Below are positions 25,675-33,233 of a stretch of DNA of 33,233 nt, piece after piece. The position numbers and the translations under genes were made by a program. Below the pieces are notes generated by a model, which saw only the letters and a list, made by a program, of their open reading frames with translations, searched no databases and was not told where the DNA came from. Positions within the stretch are counted from its first letter, which is position 1; each line of letters begins with the position of its first letter. Source of the DNA: an uncultured archaeon (GTDB lineage Archaea > Asgardarchaeota > Thorarchaeia > Thorarchaeales > Thorarchaeaceae); the NCBI GenBank assembly GCA_964590575.1, contig CAZPWM010000031.1, positions 1 through 33,233 on the forward strand, given 5' to 3'.

Positions 25675-26124
25675 ATGGCAAAATTCGGAAGTGCGGAATG
25701 GGCTGAACTTTTCATGAAAGCGGTCAATTCGAACGCGGCATATGCAAAAGCTGCAGACTGGTGGGAAGGAGACTTCATCTTCCAGGTCGACCCTTATGGT
25801 GGTTTGGACCATCAAATCAGGATTTGGGTGGGTCTGTACCACGGTGAATGTACTGGTTGTAAGATTCTGAAAGAGGATGACGAATTCAAACTTCTTGAGA
25901 AAGGAGAACCTCCGTCAGGTCAGCCATTCGAAGCTGAGTTTGTCTATTCTGCAAGAATTGATGTTTGGGAGAAGATTCTGAGGAAGGAGTTGGATCCAAT
26001 TCGAGCGCTTCTCTCAGGACAGTCCAAGGTTTCAGGGGACATGCCTAAAATTCTGCGGGCTACTGAAGCTGCTAAGGAATTAGTTTCTAGTGCAACAACA
26101 ATTGAAACAGAGTTTTATGACTAG
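25675..26124 (+). CDS. SCP2 sterol/lipid-binding domain protein
   Basis: FGSAEWA...VNSNAAYAKAADWWEGDF...LYHGEC...VWEKILRKELDPIRALLSGQSKVSGDM. Confidence 0.85.
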   Translation: MAKFGSAEWAELFMKAVNSNAAYAKAADWWEGDFIFQVDPYGGLDHQIRIWVGLYHGECTGCKILKEDDEFKLLEKGEPPSGQPFEAEFVYSARIDVWEKILRKELDPIRALLSGQSKVSGDMPKILRATEAAKELVSSATTIETEFYD

Positions 26125-26167
26125 CATGAGCTTAGATGCTCGCTGTCTCGGAATGGATTGATACAAA

Positions 26168-28039
26168 ATGCTGAAAGGATACATGGGAAGAATTCTGAGA
26201 GTCAACCTCACTGATGGAACAATCACAGAGGAATTCCCAGACGACGAGATTCTTAGAAAGTATTTGGGCGGTGCTGGGCTCGCAACATATTATCTGATCA
26301 ATGAAACGGAGAAAGGAATTGATCCTCTAGGAACAGAGAACAAACTCATCTTCATGACTGGACCCCTCACTGGAACGCAATCGCCGAGTGCTGGGAGATA
26401 TAGTGTTGTGGCCAAGTCGCCCCTGACCAATCTATGGGGCCAAGCAAACTCTGCAGGATTCTGGGCGAAGGACTTCAAGCGGTCAGGTTTTGACGGCATC
26501 ATCTTTGAGGGAATCTCTCCAAAACCAGTCTATCTTTTGACTGAAGATGGAAAAGCTGAGCTAAAAGATGCTGCTGAGATATGGGGAAAGACAACTTCAG
26601 AAACAACCAGGATTTTGAAAGAGAAACATGGTCCGAAGCATAATGTCTCATGTATTGGCCCTGCGGGCGAGAATCTTGTAAAATACGCTGCAATCATGAA
26701 TGACTGTGATGAGAAGTATTTTGGTCGTGCTGCAGGAAGGTGTGGGTTAGGAACCGTTATGGGTTCAAAGAACCTGAAGGCGGTAGTTGCTTATGGTAAA
26801 GAGCCAATCCCCATCGCAAATCCTGAAGAGTATAGATCAGAAGCCAAGAAGAGGTTTGATTGGGTCAACCAGAGCATGCTGAAGATGACCCTAGAGGTCT
26901 ATGGAACTGCTACTATGGTAGACCTGTGTCAGGTTGTTGGAGGATTGCCAACGCGGAACTTTCAGACTGGCGTGTTTGAAGGTGCTGAGAATATCAATGG
27001 TACCGCCTTGAATGATACAATCCTTGCATCGCGCAAGCCTTGCTTTGCATGCCCGATTGCTTGCGGTCGGATCGTGGAAATCAAGGAGGGGCAGTTCAAG
27101 AGCCGAGGAGAGGGCCCGGAGTATGAAACAATTGGAGCCTTTGGTAGCATGTGTGGTGTGGATGATCTCGAAGCCATCTCCATGGCACACTTCCTATGCA
27201 ATGAGTACGGTCTCGATGTGATATCGGCAGGAGTCTCAGTAGCCTTTGTCATGGAGTGTTTTGAGAAGGGAATCATAACAAAAGAGGACACAGGTGGAAT
27301 CGAATTCAAGTTCGGGGACAAAAATATCATTGCGGATATTGTGCCTAAGATTGCCCTCCGCGAGGGATTCGGAGATGTTATGGCTGAGGGTACGATGAGA
27401 ATGTCCAAGAAATTCGGAAAAGGTTCAGACCACTTTGCCATGCATGTTAAAGGATTGGAACTTCCTGCATATGACAGTCGAGCTGCAAAAATCACCGGGT
27501 TGGCTTATGCCACCGCAAATCGAGGTGGTGATCATATCACAGCATGGATCGAGGGGCCATCTTTTCTCTCAATGCCTTACATGATAGTGGATGACGCTGA
27601 TGTGGGAGACCCACAGAAGGAGATACCTGAGAAATCAGTGATACTGAAGGACTTTGAAGACGCCTTTCAGATATTTGATGCTGTTGGGGCGTGTAAGTTC
27701 ATGGGCATCGTCATGACCGCTGAGGACTGGGCAGTGTTGTTATCAAACCTCATGGGGATTGAATTCTCAGCAACAGACTTCCGGAAGACAGGTGAGCGGA
27801 TTTACAATCTTGAAAAGGTCTACAATATCCGTGAAGGAGCCACACGAAGGGATGACACTCTCCCTCCAAGGTTTCTCAAAGACCCACTTCCGGAGGGTCC
27901 AGCTAAGGGCTTGGTGGTCAATCTTGAACCCATGTTGGAGAGCTACTATGAGTTTCGAGGCTGGGACAAGGAAGGTAAGCCAACAAAGGAGAAACTGACT
28001 GAACTCGGACTTGAATTGGTCATTGACCAGATTTATTGA
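26168..28039 (+). CDS. aor: Tungsten-dependent aldehyde:ferredoxin oxidoreductase family protein
   Basis: Motifs GYMGRILRVNLT, KSPLT, IGPAGEN, GRCGLGTVMGSKNLKA, 4Fe-4S C-x2-C-x3-C (CFACPIAC), GPEYET, GLDVIS, RGGDH and YYEFRGWD. Confidence 0.95.
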   Translation: MLKGYMGRILRVNLTDGTITEEFPDDEILRKYLGGAGLATYYLINETEKGIDPLGTENKLIFMTGPLTGTQSPSAGRYSVVAKSPLTNLWGQANSAGFWAKDFKRSGFDGIIFEGISPKPVYLLTEDGKAELKDAAEIWGKTTSETTRILKEKHGPKHNVSCIGPAGENLVKYAAIMNDCDEKYFGRAAGRCGLGTVMGSKNLKAVVAYGKEPIPIANPEEYRSEAKKRFDWVNQSMLKMTLEVYGTATMVDLCQVVGGLPTRNFQTGVFEGAENINGTALNDTILASRKPCFACPIACGRIVEIKEGQFKSRGEGPEYETIGAFGSMCGVDDLEAISMAHFLCNEYGLDVISAGVSVAFVMECFEKGIITKEDTGGIEFKFGDKNIIADIVPKIALREGFGDVMAEGTMRMSKKFGKGSDHFAMHVKGLELPAYDSRAAKITGLAYATANRGGDHITAWIEGPSFLSMPYMIVDDADVGDPQKEIPEKSVILKDFEDAFQIFDAVGACKFMGIVMTAEDWAVLLSNLMGIEFSATDFRKTGERIYNLEKVYNIREGATRRDDTLPPRFLKDPLPEGPAKGLVVNLEPMLESYYEFRGWDKEGKPTKEKLTELGLELVIDQIY

Positions 28040-28045
28040 GCTCAA

Positions 28046-29755
28046 GTGTCTCTATCAGAGATGATTGCAGTGACAATATCATACCAAGACAAACCCTGGC
28101 TTAAGGCATATTCCCTGGGACCCTTCAAGCTGAAGCAGACCATGGAACCATATCCAGAGGTTAATGTCTACTCATTCTTGGAAGAGTCTGCGAAGAACTT
28201 TCCAGAAAATGTTGCCTGCGTGTACTTGGACGAGGAAATCACCTATACGGAATTGAAGGATAAGGTGGATCGACTTGCATCTGCGTTTATTGAACTCGGT
28301 GTGAAGAAAGGGGACACAGTCGCCACAGTTCTCCCATCCTGTCCAGAGTTCATTATTGCAGACTACGCTTGTATGAAGATAGGTGCAATTCACGTGCCCC
28401 TGAGTATCCTCCATAAAGCAGACGACCTTCTTCATGAGATTAAAGAGAGCAAAGCGGAGGTTGTCGTCTGTTCCTATCGACGAGTACCTCGGGTGAATGA
28501 AGTCAAACCGGACACAGATGTGAAGACTGTAATCTACACGCCCACGAGGATATTCCCTGACTACGAGCCTCCTAAAATGCAAGGAATCTCTGAGCCGGGA
28601 TACTATTTATTGAATGACCTGATTGAGAAGAACGAACCTCACTGCGAACAAGTTGAGATTAATCCAAAAGAAGACCTTGCATTGCTCCCTTTTACAGGTG
28701 GGACAACCGGAGTTCCTAAGGGCACGATGCTGTCCCACTATAATCTCACATCCAATGTTGTTCAGACAATTCACTGGATGCTGGACCCTCTAAAGGTAGG
28801 AGTTGTAGGGAAGGGTGCAACCACGATCTGTGTGCCAATATTCCACATGTATGGACACTGGGCAATTCATGCTAGCATCTCATGGGGTCTGAAGATGTAT
28901 TTAATGGACCCGAGAGACTTGGTGAAGATTGTGGAGATAATAAATGAAAAACGACCAGCAATAGTTTTTGCAGTACCTGCTCATTACACTATGTTCTGCC
29001 AAATGCCCCTGAATAAAGGACAGATTTTCTATTACTCTGGCGCTGCATCTTTACCCCCAGACCTCGCTGCAGAGTTCGAAAAGATATCAGGCGTGCCTAT
29101 GGGTGAAGGATATGGGGCTACAGAGACCTCAGCATGCGCTACAGCTAATATCTCAGCCTTCTCAAAGGTGACAGGATTCATGAAACAGGTGAAACGTGGA
29201 ATTGGTGTTCCATTACCTGATACTGAGGTTCGAGTTGTCAATCCTGAAACAGGGGAAGAACCACCAGTAGGAGAGCCTGGCGAGTTATGGGTCAGAGGGC
29301 CCCAGATTATGGTCGGTTATTGGCCATCCCTCGGTTCCGGTTTGGAAAAGGACGGGTGGTTGAAAATGGGGGACATGGTGGTCATGGATGATGAGGGATA
29401 CTTCAAAGTTGTCGATCGGATCAAAGACATGATTAATGTCGGGGGTAACAAGGTGTATAGTCGTGTCATCGATGACATCCTCCATGAGCATCCAGCAGTT
29501 GATGTGGCGGGAGTAATTGGAGTGCCTGACCCAGAAAGAGCAGGAAGCGAACGGGTCAAGGCATTCATTCAGCTGAAACCAGAGTTTAGAGGGAAGGTCA
29601 CAGAACAGGAGATTATTGAATTTCTTAGGAACAAGGTCAAGCCATATGCTTTACCTAAATTCGTTGAATTCCGCGACGAACTTCCACTCACACTCATCTT
29701 GAAACTGCACAAGAAATTGCTACGGGAAGAAGAACTGGCAAAGTTGTCAAGATGA
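28046..29755 (+). CDS. AMP-dependent acyl-CoA synthetase (long-chain fatty acid-CoA ligase-like)
   Basis: Motifs FTGGTTGVPKG, GEGYGATE, GELWVRGPQIM.GYW and GD...DDEGYF..VDRIKDMINVGG. Confidence 0.92.
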   Translation: MSLSEMIAVTISYQDKPWLKAYSLGPFKLKQTMEPYPEVNVYSFLEESAKNFPENVACVYLDEEITYTELKDKVDRLASAFIELGVKKGDTVATVLPSCPEFIIADYACMKIGAIHVPLSILHKADDLLHEIKESKAEVVVCSYRRVPRVNEVKPDTDVKTVIYTPTRIFPDYEPPKMQGISEPGYYLLNDLIEKNEPHCEQVEINPKEDLALLPFTGGTTGVPKGTMLSHYNLTSNVVQTIHWMLDPLKVGVVGKGATTICVPIFHMYGHWAIHASISWGLKMYLMDPRDLVKIVEIINEKRPAIVFAVPAHYTMFCQMPLNKGQIFYYSGAASLPPDLAAEFEKISGVPMGEGYGATETSACATANISAFSKVTGFMKQVKRGIGVPLPDTEVRVVNPETGEEPPVGEPGELWVRGPQIMVGYWPSLGSGLEKDGWLKMGDMVVMDDEGYFKVVDRIKDMINVGGNKVYSRVIDDILHEHPAVDVAGVIGVPDPERAGSERVKAFIQLKPEFRGKVTEQEIIEFLRNKVKPYALPKFVEFRDELPLTLILKLHKKLLREEELAKLSR

Positions 29756-29897
29756 TTATTTTGGCTTTCCAAGGCAAAATGGTACTCAATTCTGCAACTA
29801 TGAAGGAATCCTAGTGCAGTTCTCGATAGGTTGATTACATTGTTTACTCAGTCGCAATGACCGGGGTAGACAGTATCAGCCCAGAAGGTAATTATCA

Positions 29898-30923
29898 ATG
29901 ATAAGACCATTCAGAGTGATGCAGATTGGATTTGGTTCACTTGGTCGCCATATCACCAAATCGATTCTGAATAGAGAAAATTTAGAGCTAGTCGCAGTGG
30001 TTGACGCTAATCCTGCACTCGCTAAAAAACCGATTAAAGAACTACTCGAAAATGAGGTTGACAGTAATATCTCATTGACTAATGATCTGCAGACGGTATT
30101 GAAAGGAGTCCCAGCGGATATTGCACTTGTTGCAACTTCCTCTTCACTGGAAGCAGTATCTCCTGTAATTAAAGCGTGTCTCGATAATGGTCTGGATGTG
30201 ATTTCAATCTGTGAAGAACTATCATTTCCCTATCGAAAGAGTCCAGGTCTTGCAGAGAAACTAGACAGGGTTGCAAAAGAAAAAGGGAAGACTGTCGTCG
30301 GGACCGGCATCAATCCAGGTTACCTCATGGACCTCCTACCCATTGTACTCACTGGACCATGTCAGTCTGTTGATACTATCAAAGTGACTCGTCATATGAA
30401 TTCAAGCCACAGGAGACCATCATTTCAGAAGAAGATTGGGACAGGAATGACGAAAGAGGAGTTCAGAAAGAATATAGATGAAGGAAAAATCACTGGACAT
30501 GTTGGGCTTGTAGAGTCCATTCAGATGATTGATGCAGCATTGAATTTGGGATTAGATAAGATTGAGGAACTGCCTCCAGAGGCCATTATCGCTAAGAATA
30601 AGATAGCAAACTCCTTCACCACAATTGAGAAGGGTGATGTACTTGGTCTCAGGAGTATGGGAGTTGGAAAAAGGAAAGGAGAGCAAATTGTTACTCTCGA
30701 CTTTCAAGCATATGCTGAGGCGACACCACAATACGATGAGGTCATCATTGAGGGGCTTCCTAGAATGCATCAGAGAATCGAAGGAGGAGTGCAGGGAGAC
30801 CACGGGACCATTGGAATGCTACTCAACCTGATCCCCCTTGTAATCCACGAGTCACCAGGTCTCAAGACCATGAAAGACCTCCCAGTACCTAGAAACACTA
30901 TGCGATTCTGGAAAGAAGATTAG
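29898..30923 (+). CDS. DapB-like NAD(P)-dependent dehydrogenase (2,4-diaminopentanoate dehydrogenase / native amine dehydrogenase family)
   Basis: Rossmann motif GFGSLG, plus SICEELSFP, GTGINPGYLMD, GHVGLVES and GDHGT. Confidence 0.82.
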   Translation: MIRPFRVMQIGFGSLGRHITKSILNRENLELVAVVDANPALAKKPIKELLENEVDSNISLTNDLQTVLKGVPADIALVATSSSLEAVSPVIKACLDNGLDVISICEELSFPYRKSPGLAEKLDRVAKEKGKTVVGTGINPGYLMDLLPIVLTGPCQSVDTIKVTRHMNSSHRRPSFQKKIGTGMTKEEFRKNIDEGKITGHVGLVESIQMIDAALNLGLDKIEELPPEAIIAKNKIANSFTTIEKGDVLGLRSMGVGKRKGEQIVTLDFQAYAEATPQYDEVIIEGLPRMHQRIEGGVQGDHGTIGMLLNLIPLVIHESPGLKTMKDLPVPRNTMRFWKED

Positions 30924-30940
30924 AACGGAGGATGTATTGA

Positions 30941-32242
30941 ATGCTTGAGGAATATAACGCAAGAACACCAAAGTCAGCGGCTCTCTGGAAGAGAGCTCTC
31001 ACTCTATTTCCAGGTGGAGTAAGTCATAATATTCGTGACTTTGGCATGCCTGGATGTAACTCATACCCACCATACGTTAGCCATGGACAGGGCGGACACA
31101 TCTGGGATGTCGATGGGAACGAGTACATTGATTGGTGGATGACCCATTACTCGCTCCTTCTCGGACATAATGACCCAGCTGTGAAGAAGGCGATTAGTGA
31201 CCAATTAGAAGGGGGGCATCACTTTGGCATCCCGAATGAGCCTCAGGTCAAGTATGGTGAACATCTCAAGGCAGCCGTGCCTCTGCTAAAGAAAATGCGA
31301 TTCACAGCCACAGGTGGTGAGTCAACTATGTACGCAGTACGTTTGTCAAGAATATTCACAAAACGGAAACTCATAGGTAAGTCTTTGGGCGGATGGCATG
31401 GCGGAAATGATGCTCTGACCTATCACATGAGCTATCCATATGCTGACGATCCGTTCTACAATGGTGTGTCATTTGACTACAACGACCGAGAGAGCTTTGA
31501 CGGGATGTTGAAGAAGTATGGAAAGGACCTTGCAGCTGTGATCATAGAGCCGGTGATCGGTGCTGGTGGAGGTATTCCTCCGAAGGAAGATTTCCTCGTC
31601 TATATGCGTGAAGAGACTGCATCCCGTGACATACTTCTCATCTTTGATGAGATCATCACTGGATTTCGTCTGCGGTTTGGAACTGCGGGGGACAAGCTTT
31701 TCGGAGCAGAACCGGACCTCTTGACCCTCGGAAAAGCTGCTGCGGGAGGCATGCCCTTGGGGGTCTATGGAGGTCGAGAGGATATCATGGCTCTAGCCGC
31801 TCCGGGAGCTCAAGGTAGTCGATGGGTTGGAGGTGGGACATTCTCGAGCCACCCTTTGACCATGGCGGCGGGTATAGCTGTTCTTGAACGACTACGTGAG
31901 AAAAAGGATGACTATTCACGTTTGAACAAGATGGGTGATTCCTTTAGAATTCGATTGAACGAAATGCTCCGCGATATGAAAGCGCCACTCATCGGAACTG
32001 GATACGGGTCGATTAATTTCGTGAGTAACCTCACATCTGCTCTCAATGAGCCTCTGAAAACTCCCGGACAGCTTGGAGCACTCTTTGATCATAAGCAACA
32101 AGATGTCTTCCAGGGATTCCTCATGCAGGAGGGGGTATTCGGATACCATGGTCTTGGAGCACTCTCATTCACACATACTGAGGAGGACATCGAAAAGACC
32201 CTCATAGGAATCTCAAACGCCATTAGAAACATGACAGCTTAA
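30941..32242 (+). CDS. Class III PLP aminotransferase (glutamate-1-semialdehyde aminomutase-like)
   Basis: Motifs PGGVSH, WDVDGNEYID, IFDEIITGFR, PLP lysine in DLLTLGK and GGTFS. It diverges from canonical HemL (GGVNSPVR absent). Confidence 0.88.
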   Translation: MLEEYNARTPKSAALWKRALTLFPGGVSHNIRDFGMPGCNSYPPYVSHGQGGHIWDVDGNEYIDWWMTHYSLLLGHNDPAVKKAISDQLEGGHHFGIPNEPQVKYGEHLKAAVPLLKKMRFTATGGESTMYAVRLSRIFTKRKLIGKSLGGWHGGNDALTYHMSYPYADDPFYNGVSFDYNDRESFDGMLKKYGKDLAAVIIEPVIGAGGGIPPKEDFLVYMREETASRDILLIFDEIITGFRLRFGTAGDKLFGAEPDLLTLGKAAAGGMPLGVYGGREDIMALAAPGAQGSRWVGGGTFSSHPLTMAAGIAVLERLREKKDDYSRLNKMGDSFRIRLNEMLRDMKAPLIGTGYGSINFVSNLTSALNEPLKTPGQLGALFDHKQQDVFQGFLMQEGVFGYHGLGALSFTHTEEDIEKTLIGISNAIRNMTA

Positions 32243-32276
32243 TCATACAAAACCCTATTTGTCTAGCAATACATCC

Positions 32277-33233
32277 ATGCTCAATAGGGGAGTATCGAAG
32301 ATAACCGAAGACCATCCCAGCGCTAGCGAACTGGATAGCCAAAGAGTTCGTGAGATTGTCACAGAAGTGTTTCAACGTAAAGGGTTAGCTCCCCCTTACA
32401 CAATCGAGTTTGAGCCAAGCCCGTCAATGGACTCGAAAGCTCAAGTATACCTTGAGGAGGATAGTCTACACATTGTAGCCTACTCTGAACCAGAGCTTAG
32501 ACGACTGATTGGGCGTTTTGTTATAGAGCGTAGCTGGTCTCCACATGAGTGGCTTGTGACAAACCATATTGGGCTCTACAGTTTAATCAGCGCAACTATA
32601 CTCACGACTTTGCCTGCAATCGGATTCCAATTGTCATGGATGATTCCAGACCTACGTATTTGGATTGTATTGTCCACTATAATCACTATCTCTGTCTTTG
32701 CATTTTGGACGGGATATCAGGTTTCCACAAGAAGTGCAAGGCTCCTCAGGAAGCTCACCATGGAAATGGTCGATCTAGGATGCATGACGGAGTATGATTT
32801 CAAGGACTATACCCCAGACTACCACAAGGTTGCTGTTGGAGGAACAGCTATCTGTATTTGGGGAGGACTAGCAATCGGATTCTATGGCATGGCCTATTAC
32901 ATTCAGGCCAGTTTTGTCTTCATAATCCCATTGTTATTACTAGCTCTTGGGGGTCTGTACTTTCTCTTCGCTTCATCATGGAAGTCAATTGGCCTGAATC
33001 TTTGCTACGAGGACAACGACATGGATGAAGAAGAGTGGGAGATGCAATTTGAGGACAGTGAGTATCTCCAAGCCAAATTCACAGACATGATTGATCGAAC
33101 GAATCTTCAGGGTACTCTTCAGTCAAAACACGAGTCTGAGTATGATAGTATCAAAGCAAGGTTTGCTGAAACTAAGTATGCGCAATGCAGGGGAGTCTAT
33201 GACTATGTGGAGGAGAGAGTCCTCTATATTGAC
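32277..33233 (+). CDS. Hypothetical membrane protein, partial (runs off the window)
   Basis: Not in the ORF track. Manual translation from ATG 32277 (MLNRGVSKITEDHPSASELDSQRVREIVTEVFQRKG...) stays open for 319 codons, with about 4 hydrophobic segments and an acidic linker EDNDMDEEEWE. Confidence 0.8.
   Translation, partial: MLNRGVSKITEDHPSASELDSQRVREIVTEVFQRKGLAPPYTIEFEPSPSMDSKAQVYLEEDSLHIVAYSEPELRRLIGRFVIERSWSPHEWLVTNHIGLYSLISATILTTLPAIGFQLSWMIPDLRIWIVLSTIITISVFAFWTGYQVSTRSARLLRKLTMEMVDLGCMTEYDFKDYTPDYHKVAVGGTAICIWGGLAIGFYGMAYYIQASFVFIIPLLLLALGGLYFLFASSWKSIGLNLCYEDNDMDEEEWEMQFEDSEYLQAKFTDMIDRTNLQGTLQSKHESEYDSIKARFAETKYAQCRGVYDYVEERVLYID

Noticed and set aside
26962-27495. 177-aa minus-strand ORF and other ORFs nested in AOR, the ligase and the dpp genes
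   Set aside because: Antisense or alternative-frame shadows of well-supported genes, with no motifs.
30941-32242. Naming the aminotransferase hemL
   Set aside because: HemL-specific segments are divergent and there is no tetrapyrrole gene context.
32549-32797. 82-aa ORF from the track
   Set aside because: Out-of-frame overlap with the longer ORF starting at 32277.
1-33233. CRISPR arrays, rRNA, tRNA, IS elements, defence systems
   Set aside because: No regularly spaced repeats, RNA gene signatures, transposase or nuclease motifs were seen by eye.

Overview
Gene-dense prokaryotic window, most likely archaeal. The basis is TATA-like boxes about 25 nt upstream of several starts, GGTGA/GGAGG Shine-Dalgarno sites, frequent TTG/GTG starts, an archaeal-type phosphohexomutase and a tungsten-type AOR. 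An Asgard/Thorarchaeia-like origin is a stylistic guess only. From left to right: (i) a sugar-modification locus with a truncated six-hairpin-glycosidase-like gene, a decayed GT4 5' fragment with a duplicated promoter, a PIG-L deacetylase/GT4/GH100-like operon, a second GT4 and a phosphohexomutase; (ii) small stand-alone genes (YwbE, TauE/SafE, 4-oxalocrotonate tautomerase, fasciclin, double hot-dog MaoC hydratase, SDR, DUF1801, PadR); (iii) a wHTH regulator and membrane protein divergent from an ABC-2 exporter; (iv) a complete Dpp/Opp-type ABC importer whose binding-protein gene is bracketed by long RNA hairpins; (v) a membrane-anchored beta-helix/beta-propeller surface protein; (vi) an operon of two SCP2-like proteins, an aldehyde:ferredoxin oxidoreductase and an acyl-CoA ligase, followed by an amine-dehydrogenase-like gene and a class III aminotransferase; (vii) a truncated membrane protein. 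No rRNA, tRNA, CRISPR array or mobile element was seen. The best candidates for undescribed systems are the SCP2-SCP2-AOR-ligase cluster (with or without the downstream amine dehydrogenase/aminotransferase) and the deacetylase-GT4-GH100-like cassette. All family calls come from motif recognition by eye; no database search was run.
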